Notes: a model not told the origin generated them from the letters alone. A DNA stretch of 55,351 nt, filler included, from Nitrospirota bacterium (GCA_011620345.1; 2 parts of 2 records of this genome joined end to end with filler, not necessarily neighbours in it), one strand, 5' to 3'; shown: positions 39,531 through 48,600, counted from the whole stretch's first letter. Numbers and translations: made by a program.

Positions 39531-39840
39531 AACTCAGATGCACTTAAAAAATATAGAATCCTCGCGATTCATCCGCTCTAAGCCCGTCTTTTTTTGCCCG
39601 GCGGTTCCTAAGGGTGGTTTTGCCTTAAGCCCGCTAGAGGATTCTTGTTCGCTCCAAGGTCGTCTTTAGGCTTTGCCGGACCCAAGAAGCCGAAGTAAGC
39701 CGAAAACCCAAGCGAAGGTGCTATTAATTGCTATGGCGGTGTCATTAGGATACCCGCCAATTCCCCGTTCTGCTTGATCTGGTCGTGCGGCTGGCTTTGG
39801 TGGGGCGGATTCTAAGACAAACGTCATAAGGAGTGTTCCA

Positions 39841-41067
39841 TTGACGAGTTTTCAATCGATGGGTCTTGCACCCGAATTGTACCGCGCCCTTGCTGAAGAG
39901 GGCTTTTCCGAGCCGACGCCGATCCAACAAAAGGCGATTCCTCTGGTTCTCGAAGGCCGTGACCTAATGGCCGCAGCCCAGACAGGAACAGGGAAAACCG
40001 CGGCGTTCGGCTATCCAATCCTGCACATGCTCAAAGGGGGCCGTTCCGCAGGTCCGAGAGCGCTGGTTCTTGTGCCGACACGTGAGTTGGCGATGCAGGT
40101 TGAGGGAGCGATTCGCACGTACAGCCGTTACCTGCGGTTCCGGACGGCGGTAATCTACGGCGGGGTAGGCATTTTTGAGCAGATCGACAGGCTTAGGCGT
40201 GGGGTGGACCTGATCGTTGCCACACCGGGCCGTCTTCTGGACCATGTTCAAAGGCGGACGGTGAACCTATCGGGCATCGAGAAACTGGTCCTCGACGAGG
40301 CCGACCGCATGCTCGATATGGGGTTCATCCCAGATATTCGCCGCATCGTTCCCTTGCTTTCGATTAAGCGGCAGACGCTCCTGTTCTCGGCGACGCTCAA
40401 CTCCGGAATTCGGGACTTGGCAAGAGGGCTGCTTCAAAACCCTGCCGTCGTGGAGATTGCGCCGGAAAACATCACCGTCGAGCAGATTTCCCAGCGGGTG
40501 CACCCGGTCGATAGGATACGAAAGACCGAACTCATCACCCACTTGGTCAAGGCGGGCGACTGGAAGCAGGTGTTGGTGTTCACGAGCACGAAGCACGGTG
40601 CTGAACGGCTTGCCGAGCAACTTTCCAGGGATGGCCTCAATTCGACCGCCATTCATGGCGACAGGTCGCAAGCCGCCCGTTCCAGGGCGTTGGCTGATTT
40701 TAAAATGGGTAGGGTTCGCCTTTTGGTGGCCACCGACGTCGCTTCTCGCGGCCTCGACATTAAGCAACTACCCTACGTTGTCAACCATGAACTTCCAAGC
40801 GTTCCCGAAGATTACGTTCACCGGATTGGCCGAACCGGCCGGGCAGGTCGCTTGGGTGAGGCGATATCGTTGGTAAGTGAAGGCGAGTATATGCGCCTAA
40901 AGGATATCCAACGCCTCCTTCGGCAAGACATCCCTTCCGTGCCCGTTGCTGGCTTCGAGCCGACCTATCGGCCCGCAGATGGCCGCCCAACCGGCCGAGG
41001 CCGAAGCTTTGGCCCGTCACAAAGGGGCTGGAGCTCCCGCGGTACAGCTAGATCTCGCGCATTCTAA
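39841..41067 (+). CDS. rhlE: DEAD-box RNA helicase, RhlE-like
   Basis: Q motif, [32 protein letters not shown] start after TAAGGAG. Confidence 0.9.
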   Translation: MTSFQSMGLAPELYRALAEEGFSEPTPIQQKAIPLVLEGRDLMAAAQTGTGKTAAFGYPILHMLKGGRSAGPRALVLVPTRELAMQVEGAIRTYSRYLRFRTAVIYGGVGIFEQIDRLRRGVDLIVATPGRLLDHVQRRTVNLSGIEKLVLDEADRMLDMGFIPDIRRIVPLLSIKRQTLLFSATLNSGIRDLARGLLQNPAVVEIAPENITVEQISQRVHPVDRIRKTELITHLVKAGDWKQVLVFTSTKHGAERLAEQLSRDGLNSTAIHGDRSQAARSRALADFKMGRVRLLVATDVASRGLDIKQLPYVVNHELPSVPEDYVHRIGRTGRAGRLGEAISLVSEGEYMRLKDIQRLLRQDIPSVPVAGFEPTYRPADGRPTGRGRSFGPSQRGWSSRGTARSRAF

Positions 41068-41090
41068 GCTCCGTTCGCCACGCAGCCTAA

Positions 41091-41114
41091 GATGGGGGGG
41101 CATGCCCCCCCATC
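41091..41114. repeat. Perfect 24-bp palindrome between convergent genes
   Basis: GATGGGGGGGCATGCCCCCCCATC; no adjacent U-tract. Confidence 0.7.
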
Positions 41115-41181
41115 GTCATGGGCTCTTCCGATTTTACCCCGCCTATTTTTGTCCGAGTCCCGAGCGGCCCCAGAAAAAAGC

Positions 41182-42087
41182 CTACGCCCGCTTACAAGTA
41201 TCGCCGGGGCAGGCATTCACCTCGATACTAACGTGCGCCAGGCCAGGAATGTGGGAGAGTCTTTCTTTGTAGCTCTCGGGTGGCTTTGGCTCGTGCGTGA
41301 CGATCGCCACGATCGCGGCCAAGTGGTTTGGGCTTACGCTCCAGACGTGGAGGTCTGTGATTGCGATGTCCCCATCTTCGAGTGCGGTCCGAATGCGAGC
41401 GGCCGTATCAATCTGGGTGAAATCCAGCAAGATGGCCCCCGTTTGAGCGAGTAGCCCGTAGGACCAGCGGGAGATGACGAAAGCGCCTACCAGCCCCATC
41501 GCCGCGTCCATCCAAACCCAGCCGAAGAACAGACCGGCTAGCAGCGCGATGATGGCCGTCACCGATGTGAGCGCGTCGGCCAGCACGTGGAAATAGGCGG
41601 AGGCCAGGTTTGGGTCTGAGGCCTTGTCGGTTTCGTTGGCATCCAGGACGTAGGCGGAAACGAGGTTGACCCCAAGCCCCAGCCCCGCGACAAACAGGGC
41701 CTCCTTGAAGCTTACGGCTACGGGGTTAAGGAGTCGCTCGATCGATTCAAACCCCATGAGTAGTGCAACCAGTCCTAGGCCAATCGCGCTTGCAAATCCC
41801 CCTAGCGCGCCCACCTTGCCAGTCCCAAAGGAGAAAAAAGGGCTGTCTGCCTTTTTCCTGGCGAACAGGTAGGTAAAATAGGAAACGAGCAGGGCGCTGA
41901 CGTGCGTCGCCATGTGCCAGCCGTCGGCCAAAAGCGCCATAGAGCCAAAAAGGGTACCCGAGACGATTTCTGCAACCATCATGCAAGCGGTAAGGCCGAC
42001 GACGCCCAGCACGCGCCTCTCTTTCCTTGATGTGTCCTGGAGGAAGTTGTGGGGTTGTTTCCAAGCCTCTAGGCCGTGGGTATGCAT
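41182..42087 (-). CDS. dmeF: Cation diffusion facilitator, DmeF-like Co/Ni efflux
   Basis: GSMALLADGWHMATH, FSFGTGK, YFHVLAD, DLHVW. Confidence 0.88.
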   Translation of the reverse strand: MHTHGLEAWKQPHNFLQDTSRKERRVLGVVGLTACMMVAEIVSGTLFGSMALLADGWHMATHVSALLVSYFTYLFARKKADSPFFSFGTGKVGALGGFASAIGLGLVALLMGFESIERLLNPVAVSFKEALFVAGLGLGVNLVSAYVLDANETDKASDPNLASAYFHVLADALTSVTAIIALLAGLFFGWVWMDAAMGLVGAFVISRWSYGLLAQTGAILLDFTQIDTAARIRTALEDGDIAITDLHVWSVSPNHLAAIVAIVTHEPKPPESYKERLSHIPGLAHVSIEVNACPGDTCKRA

Positions 42088-42281
42088 GGAGGTGCCGCCT
42101 TTTCTTTGTTCGTTTCCTTTTAGTTTCGTTCTTAAAGACAGGAAGCACAAGGGGTTGCCCATGCTTGAAGCGCAAAGTCATGGGCTTGGCCGGAGGTTTT
42201 CGCTTTCTTAAGGGGGCAGGGTTTGTTAAGGTAAAAAAAGAATAATCATGGATAGACCGATACGCATGCAAGGAGAAGCCG

Positions 42282-43307
42282 ATGAAGGCAATTCGGCTCT
42301 ACGGACCAGGCGGGCCGGAGGCGCTCGTTTACGAGCAGGTTCCAGACCCTCGGCCCTCACCTTCCGAGGCCGTGGTGGCGCTCAAGGCGGCCTCGGTTAA
42401 CTACCTCGATCTTTGGGTCAGGAAAGGGAACGTCCCTGTCCTGTTTCCCTTGATTCCAGGGCTCGAGGGAGCGGGGGTTATAGAGGCGTTTAGCGAACCA
42501 GACGGGCCATCACCCGGCTTGAAGGCCGGAGATAGGGTCGCGGTGACGCCGTGGCTGTATCCTGATAAAACTTACCGTGAGCCCGCCAACCTTGGTGTCA
42601 CCACGCTTGGGGTGCACCGCGACGGCTGTTACGCCGCAAAAATCGCCGTACCGATAGAGGCGCTCATCCCCATCCCCGAGGGTATGGGGTTTGAAGAGGC
42701 AGCCTGTATTCCTGTCGCCTTCACAACCGCCTACCACATGCTCGTGACGCGCGCTAGGCTCGAGCCCGGAGAGACCGTGCTGATCCTCGGGGCGACGGGA
42801 GGCGTGGGAATCGCTTCCGTCGAGCTTTCCTCACTTTTGGGCGCTAGGGTGTTCGCGGCAAGCCGCGACCCGATAAAGGCGCAAAAGCTTAAGGCGTTGG
42901 GGGTCCACGTACTTTTGGACGCTTCGAGCGCCTACCATGAAGAGGTTCTTGAGCTCACAGGTGGCAAGGGCGTGGATCTTGTCGTCGAGATGGTGGGGCA
43001 GGCAAGCTTTGCAAAGAGCATTGCCTGCCTAAGGAAAGGGGGGCGGCTTGTGGTGTGCGGTTCGAGCTCCGGGCCGTGGGCGAACGTGAACATACAAGAG
43101 CTATACAGGAGAGAGATAGCCTTCATCGGCGCCTACGGTGGGCTACCCCACGAGCTAGAAAGAGTTTTTACGCTCTTTGAAGGGCGCAAGTTCAAGGCCG
43201 TTATCGGCGAGACACTCCCGCTCAAGGATGCCCCGAAGGCCCATGCGCTCCTTGAGTCGAGCGGGCATTTTGGGAAGGTCGTGCTTACGATGGACGACGA
43301 AACCTAA
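42282..43307 (+). CDS. MDR-family oxidoreductase (quinone oxidoreductase-like, no Zn ligands)
   Basis: ASVNYLD, GATGGVG, HFGKVVL. Confidence 0.9.
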   Translation: MKAIRLYGPGGPEALVYEQVPDPRPSPSEAVVALKAASVNYLDLWVRKGNVPVLFPLIPGLEGAGVIEAFSEPDGPSPGLKAGDRVAVTPWLYPDKTYREPANLGVTTLGVHRDGCYAAKIAVPIEALIPIPEGMGFEEAACIPVAFTTAYHMLVTRARLEPGETVLILGATGGVGIASVELSSLLGARVFAASRDPIKAQKLKALGVHVLLDASSAYHEEVLELTGGKGVDLVVEMVGQASFAKSIACLRKGGRLVVCGSSSGPWANVNIQELYRREIAFIGAYGGLPHELERVFTLFEGRKFKAVIGETLPLKDAPKAHALLESSGHFGKVVLTMDDET

Positions 43308-43331
43308 AAATTAAACAAAGGAGGGGTTTCG

Positions 43332-44342
43332 ATGAAGGCGATGGTTGTCAAGAGACCCAAGGAAAGGCTTATCCTCGAAGAACGGGAGAGGCCAACCCTT
43401 GGGCCTGGGCAGGCGCTCATAAAGGTTCATGCCTGCGGCGTGTGCCATTCGGACCTTCACGCGCTTTTGGGAGATTTTCCCTTTGCCAAGTTTCCTTTGG
43501 TGCTTGGCCATGAGGTGGCGGGCGTCGTGGAGGCGTTTGGAGAGGGCGTAAACTGGCCAAAGGTCGGCACGCGCGTGGGGATGCCATGGCTGTACTCCGC
43601 TTGCGGACACTGCCCGGCCTGCCTCAAGGGTGATGAGGTGCTTTGTCCCGAAATGCAGGTTACGGGCGTGACGGTGGACGGGGGGTATGCCGAGTACATG
43701 CAGGCGCCCGCGGCCTATCTCACCCCAATTCCTGACGAGCTCACCTTTGAAGAGGCCGCACCGCTTATGTGCGCCGGGCTTACGGTGTACAACGCGCTCG
43801 TCAACGCGGGCTTCAAGCCGGGCCAGAAGGTGGCCGTGATCGGACTGGGCGGGCTTGGCCATATGGCCGTGGCCTACGCCAAGGCGATGGGGGGCCGTGT
43901 GGCGGCGGTATCCTCTTCGAGCGCAAAGGAGGCCCAGGCCAAGATGCTTGGAGCCGAGCGCTTCATCGATACGGGCAGCGTTGGGGTTGAAGGCGGCCTC
44001 AAAGCGTGGGATGGCGGGGCCGATATCGTGCTCGCGACGGCGCCGAACGCCAAGCTGGCGACCGAGGCAATAAAAGGCCTTGGAGCCGACGGTGTCGTGG
44101 TCGCGATTGGTGTTATGAGTGAGCCTATCGAGGCCTCCGCGATGGAACTAATCTCTGGCAGGAAGAAGCTGATCGGTTCGCCCTCCGGATCACGCAAAGA
44201 CCTCCGGAATGCGCTCGAGATTGCGGCCAAGCTGGGCGTACGGGCGCAAGTCAGCACTTATGGGTTGACCCAGGCAAACGAGGTGCTCGAAAAAATGCAA
44301 AAGGGTGAGCTTCAAGGGAGGGCCGTTTTGGTTCCCCGTTGA
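43332..44342 (+). CDS. Zn-dependent alcohol dehydrogenase (AdhP-like)
   Basis: CGVCHSD, GHE, CGHCPAC..C, CAGLTVY, GLGGLG. Confidence 0.94.
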   Translation: MKAMVVKRPKERLILEERERPTLGPGQALIKVHACGVCHSDLHALLGDFPFAKFPLVLGHEVAGVVEAFGEGVNWPKVGTRVGMPWLYSACGHCPACLKGDEVLCPEMQVTGVTVDGGYAEYMQAPAAYLTPIPDELTFEEAAPLMCAGLTVYNALVNAGFKPGQKVAVIGLGGLGHMAVAYAKAMGGRVAAVSSSSAKEAQAKMLGAERFIDTGSVGVEGGLKAWDGGADIVLATAPNAKLATEAIKGLGADGVVVAIGVMSEPIEASAMELISGRKKLIGSPSGSRKDLRNALEIAAKLGVRAQVSTYGLTQANEVLEKMQKGELQGRAVLVPR

Positions 44343-44449
44343 TGCCTAGGGATCTCCGGAGGCCAGCTTTGTCGGCTGCGTCTGTGGTGGAGTAATATAA
44401 CCTCAATACTGGGCTGCTTTTGCGTGCTTTTTTGTTGGGGGCGGTGTTG

Positions 44450-45282
44450 ATGACAGACCGGCTGTTTCGAACGCTGAGGGGGAGGCTGCTTGCGATCATC
44501 GTGGTTGAGGCCATCCCGGCCCTGGCCGTTCAGGTATATTCGTTGCACCGCCAAGAAGAAGTCGAGGCCGAGGCCAACCGCACGCTCCATACGGCTGCAA
44601 TAACCCAGGCATTTGCCTTGGACGAGCTTTTTAACCGTGTCATACGCGTACTCGTGGCGGTTTCTCATTTCCAGTCAGTCTATATGCTCGATAGCCTTGG
44701 AACCCTTGCCGCGTTATCTGCGCTGAGCAAGGAATCGCCGGATTATGCCGAGATTGCGGTGTTTTTGCCCAATGGCCAGCTTCTTGCGGGTAATACCCAC
44801 TTTCGCGATGACGACGATGAGAACGAGGATAAGAAGGCAGCACACTCCTTCTGAGCCCCGACAGCATTCTTTTGAAGCCCGGCCCCTTGAGCGCCGAAGA
44901 GTGGGAGGTCATGAAGACGCATACCGTGCTGGGCGCTCGAATACTCAAAGGCGGCTCTTCGCCCTACCTGGATATGGGCATGAGGATCGCGCTGGGCCAT
45001 CACGAGTGCTTTGATGGGAGCGCCTATCCCAACGGGCTCAAAGGGCGGAAGATTCCGCTGGAGGCCAGGATTACCCAGCTTTGCGACTGCTACGATGCGC
45101 TAAGGAGCAAACGCCCGTACAGGCCCGCGTTCGAGCATAAGGAGACCTTGGGCATCCTCATGAAAGGCGACGGCCGGACAAGCCCGGAGCACTTCGACCC
45201 GGAGGTTTTGCTGACATTTGAGCGGAGTGCTTCAGGGTTCGAGGAGATATTCGAGAATTTTCAAGACGAACCGGATGTTTAA
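44450..45282 (+). pseudogene. Disrupted sensor-HD-GYP phosphodiesterase (N-terminal TM/Cache-like fragment plus C-terminal HD-GYP fragment)
   Basis: 44450-44854 TM plus periplasmic-sensor-like start; 44857-45282 PDSILLKPG..HHECFDGSAYP..DAL..RPY in another frame, closed by TAA at 44830 so the HD motif is absent. Confidence 0.8.
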
Positions 45283-45307
45283 AAAACTGGCCAAGGAGGC
45301 GTTTAAA

Positions 45308-46039
45308 ATGGAGCTTAAAGGCCGCATTGCCCTTGTGACGGGTGCTTCCAAGGGAATCGGCGAGGCGATTTCGCTGGCCCTCGCAAGCGAAGGGGTTTGC
45401 GTTGCGTTAGCGGCAAGGAACCAAGAAAGGCTTCGGGCGCTCGAGGAAGCGATTCGCAAAGAAGGCGGTGAAGCGATCGCCATCACGGCCGATTTTTCCT
45501 CGGAACCCCAGATCGAGGGCGCGTTTCAAAAGATCGAGGAGGCGTTCGGCAGGCTTGACATCTTAGTGAACAACGCAGGCATCGGCGTTTTCGGGAAAGT
45601 GGGAGAGCTGCAGGTTAATGATTACAGGCGCATGCTTGAAACGAACCTCTTGGGTCCCATCGTGGCCAGCCATTACGCCGTAAACCTGATGAAGCGAGCG
45701 GGTTCCGGCCACATTGTAAACGTCTCGAGCGTGGCGGGCCACATCGGGACGCCCGGCTGGGCCAGCTACAACGCGAGCAAATGGGGGCTCCGGGGGTTTT
45801 CAGAGTCATTAAGAAAAGAGCTAATCCCCTTCGGCATCAAGGTAAGCGTGCTCTCGCCCGGCGTCGTGGAGAGCGAATGGGGGGAGAACATGCCAGAAGA
45901 TTGGCTAAAAAGGAGAAACCAGGAGGTGACCCCGCTTACGCCCGAGGATATGGCAAGGGCCGTTATATTCCTCTTGCAACAGCCAGAACGGGTGTGCATC
46001 AACGAAATCCTTGTCCGTCCAACCAACCAGGAGCGCTAA
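45308..46039 (+). CDS. SDR oxidoreductase (YdfG-like)
   Basis: TGASKGIG, NNAG, YNASK, INEILVRPTNQ; AAGGAGG RBS. Confidence 0.92.
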   Translation: MELKGRIALVTGASKGIGEAISLALASEGVCVALAARNQERLRALEEAIRKEGGEAIAITADFSSEPQIEGAFQKIEEAFGRLDILVNNAGIGVFGKVGELQVNDYRRMLETNLLGPIVASHYAVNLMKRAGSGHIVNVSSVAGHIGTPGWASYNASKWGLRGFSESLRKELIPFGIKVSVLSPGVVESEWGENMPEDWLKRRNQEVTPLTPEDMARAVIFLLQQPERVCINEILVRPTNQER

Positions 46040-46043
46040 AGCC

Positions 46044-47555
46044 ATGACGATGAAAGGCCCAACGATCGAGGACATCCTTGGTATTGCCGATTCCTACGGG
46101 TTTCCGCTCGAAGAAGAGGAGGCGGGCGTTTACCAGAGGGCGATCGAGCAGGCGCTTTCTTCTTACGCATTCTTAGAGACGCTGCCGGAATCCAAGCCTC
46201 CCGTGAAATACCCAAGGGATGCGGGCAGAAAGCCACGCACCCGAGAGAACCCCTTGGGGGCGATCGCTTGGATGTGCGACATTCAGGGCGCTCTATCGGG
46301 CAAGCTCTTTGGAAAGACGCTAGCGATCAAAGACAACGCTTCCGTGTTCGGAATGCCATTGTTGAACGGGTCGCGCTTGATGGAAGGCTACATCCCGGAT
46401 ACCGACGCCAGCGTTGTCACGCGCATCCTGGATGCGGGGGGGCGCATCGTGGCCAAGAGCGTGTGCGATAGTTTTTGCTTTGCCGCTACCGGCCACACCC
46501 CAGACTCCGGGCCCGTGAGGAACCCCATTGACCCGAGCAGGCTTGCTGGCGGCTCGTCAGGGGGGTCTGCAGCTTTGGTGGGTTCTGGGTTCTGCGACAT
46601 GGCCCTGGGAGGCGATCAAGGGGGCTCCATCCGTATTCCGGCCTCTTGGTGCGGCTTGGTGGGGTTGAAACCAACCTACGGGCTCGTTCCCTACACGGGC
46701 GTGTTCCCGATCGAGCCAACGCTCGACCATGCGGGCCCGATCGCCAAGACCGTTGCCGACTGCGCGCTTCTTTTAGAAGTGCTCCAGGGCAAGGACGGGC
46801 TTGATTTTCGACAGTCCGTTTGTCCTGATTCCTTGCCTTCGTATGCGCGTAGGCTTGGTGATTTTCCTAGCCCCTTGCGCGTTGGCATCGTCAAGGAAGG
46901 GTTCGGCTGGGAGGTTTCAGAGCAGGAAGTGGACAAAAGCGTGCGCCGAGTGCTCGAAAGGGCCGCCTCTTCGAGGATCCAGATCGAGGAGGTTTCGATT
47001 CCGCTGCACCGCCAGGGGATTCATTTTTGGAACGGGGTCGGGATCGAGGGCACGTTCCTTACGATGGTCCGGGACGAAGGGTTGGGCCATGGCCATTTAG
47101 GCTATTACGACAGCCATTTGGCGAACTTCTACGGCGTAGCCCGCCGCCAGAGGGGCTTTGATTACTCGCCCACCATCCGCATGGTCGTTTTGCTAGGACA
47201 TTTTATGAGAACGGCCCATGCGGGGCGCTACTATGCCAAGGCCCAGAACCTAAGAGGGCTTTTGAAGGACGCCTACGACGAGGCGCTAACGTCCTGCCAC
47301 GTGCTCGCCATGCCGACGACCCCGATGCGCGCATACAGCGTTCAAGAGTTCGATACCGCCAAGACGCTCGATTTCGGGCTAAGGCCGCTTTTGAACACCG
47401 CCCCGTTCGATTTGACCGGCCATCCGGCGATCAGCATACCGGCAGGAAGGACAGACGGGCTTCCTGTTGGGCTTATGCTCGTTGCCAAGTCCTTTGATGA
47501 GCTCACGCTCTTTCAGGCGGCCAATGCTTTAGAGGGCACCTTTTCTTCTCTTTAA
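46044..47555 (+). CDS. Amidase-signature amidase, CX3C subgroup
   Basis: IKDN, CDSFC, GGSSGGSA, GGDQGGSIRIPASWCG, LDHAGP. Confidence 0.92.
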   Translation: MTMKGPTIEDILGIADSYGFPLEEEEAGVYQRAIEQALSSYAFLETLPESKPPVKYPRDAGRKPRTRENPLGAIAWMCDIQGALSGKLFGKTLAIKDNASVFGMPLLNGSRLMEGYIPDTDASVVTRILDAGGRIVAKSVCDSFCFAATGHTPDSGPVRNPIDPSRLAGGSSGGSAALVGSGFCDMALGGDQGGSIRIPASWCGLVGLKPTYGLVPYTGVFPIEPTLDHAGPIAKTVADCALLLEVLQGKDGLDFRQSVCPDSLPSYARRLGDFPSPLRVGIVKEGFGWEVSEQEVDKSVRRVLERAASSRIQIEEVSIPLHRQGIHFWNGVGIEGTFLTMVRDEGLGHGHLGYYDSHLANFYGVARRQRGFDYSPTIRMVVLLGHFMRTAHAGRYYAKAQNLRGLLKDAYDEALTSCHVLAMPTTPMRAYSVQEFDTAKTLDFGLRPLLNTAPFDLTGHPAISIPAGRTDGLPVGLMLVAKSFDELTLFQAANALEGTFSSL

Positions 47556-47577
47556 TCCAAAGAGAAAGGCTTTTGAC

Positions 47578-48243
47578 ATGGACGCTCAGAATGCTTCCTT
47601 TAGGGAGCCTTCCAAAAGCAGGGTGCGCACGTTTCGGCCCCCAAAAAAGCCCAAGGAACGGCTTCGTTTTCTCAAGGCGCTCGCTGGCCTTTTTCTTGAG
47701 AGGGCCAGATTCGTCCTCTCTCTTCTTAAGATGCCAAGTCTTAAGCCGCCAAGGCTCAAGCCTCCAAGAAAGCTTTTGCCGGGGAGAATACCCCGATACC
47801 CCTTGCTCGCTGCGGTGCTTCTTCTTTTAGGGCTAGGGCTGCTCCCTGCCGGTTTTATGCGGCCTAAGGGCCGGGTGCAGCCCATGCGCCAGCAGAATAG
47901 CTTTGCCGTTACCAAGAACATGGCGGAGCTTTCTAGAGCGATGAACCAGCATGCCCCCTTCTTGATCAACAAGGAAACCCTGCTTGAAAAGGCTTCAATA
48001 GAGGGCAACAGGCTTATCGTCCGCTACAGGCTCGTGCGCAGGGCAAAAGGAGAAATGGACGTCGAGGCCTTCTTGAATGAGGCCAGGCCTTTCTTTTTGG
48101 CCAGAGCCTGTCTTGAACCCAAGGCCTTGGAAGTCCTCAAGTCAGGGGCTGCCATCTCGTACGCCTTCTTTGATAAAAACGGCTTGGCCTTAGGGGAAGT
48201 GCCCATTGCGTGGCCGGATTGCTCGAGCCTGCAAGCGCCCTAA
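47578..48243 (+). CDS. Membrane-anchored hypothetical protein, AspS/PA3611 pilotin-like C-terminal domain
   Basis: Basic Pro/Lys-rich N-terminus, one TM segment, then N..P..I..ET.L...G..L..Y..C..P....L..G....Y.F.D..G.....C pattern; start may be ATG 47731. Confidence 0.65.
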   Translation: MDAQNASFREPSKSRVRTFRPPKKPKERLRFLKALAGLFLERARFVLSLLKMPSLKPPRLKPPRKLLPGRIPRYPLLAAVLLLLGLGLLPAGFMRPKGRVQPMRQQNSFAVTKNMAELSRAMNQHAPFLINKETLLEKASIEGNRLIVRYRLVRRAKGEMDVEAFLNEARPFFLARACLEPKALEVLKSGAAISYAFFDKNGLALGEVPIAWPDCSSLQAP

Positions 48244-48259
48244 ACCAAAGCATCATGGA

Positions 48260-48393
48260 CACGCCAAAGTGAAAGAGGCGGCAGCCTCTCGGTCTGTTGC
48301 GCATCGCCATTAAAGAGAGCCAGTACCTGGAGCCAGCGATCCATAAGACCCTTAAGGCCCTTTAATGAGGTGCGGCTTATGCCGATTGGCGTG
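48260..48393 (+). ncRNA. Candidate structured RNA element (unassigned)
   Basis: Four nested stems plus a side hairpin; G-U pairs favour the + strand; no family recognised. Confidence 0.4.
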
Positions 48394-48422
48394 GGAAAGA
48401 CTAGATACGGAGGAAAAAAGCC

Positions 48423-48551
48423 TTGAGAAGGAATGTTTTGGCTTTGGTAATGGTCGTATTTGTCGGTAGCATTACCGGCTGTGCGCCGAGCGAGGAAGGG
48501 TGTAAGGTGTGCTGTGTGAGGCAGGTAAGCATGTTGTGGCAAGTGGCTTAG
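48423..48551 (+). CDS. Small putative lipoprotein, 42 aa (absent from the ORF track)
   Basis: GGAGG at 48409-48413, TTG start, MRRNVLALVMVVFVGSITG-C lipobox, mature part CAPSEEGCKVCCVRQVSMLWQVA. Confidence 0.55.
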   Translation: MRRNVLALVMVVFVGSITGCAPSEEGCKVCCVRQVSMLWQVA

Positions 48552-48600
48552 AGAAGCCTGATAATGCATGCAGCCGGCGAGAAAACGTCTGGATATAAAG

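Noticed and set aside
42157..42185. CCCATG..GCGCAAAGT..CATGGG as a c-di-GMP riboswitch
   Set aside because: A single hairpin in a divergent promoter region; the GNRA-capped P2 and the rest of the aptamer are absent
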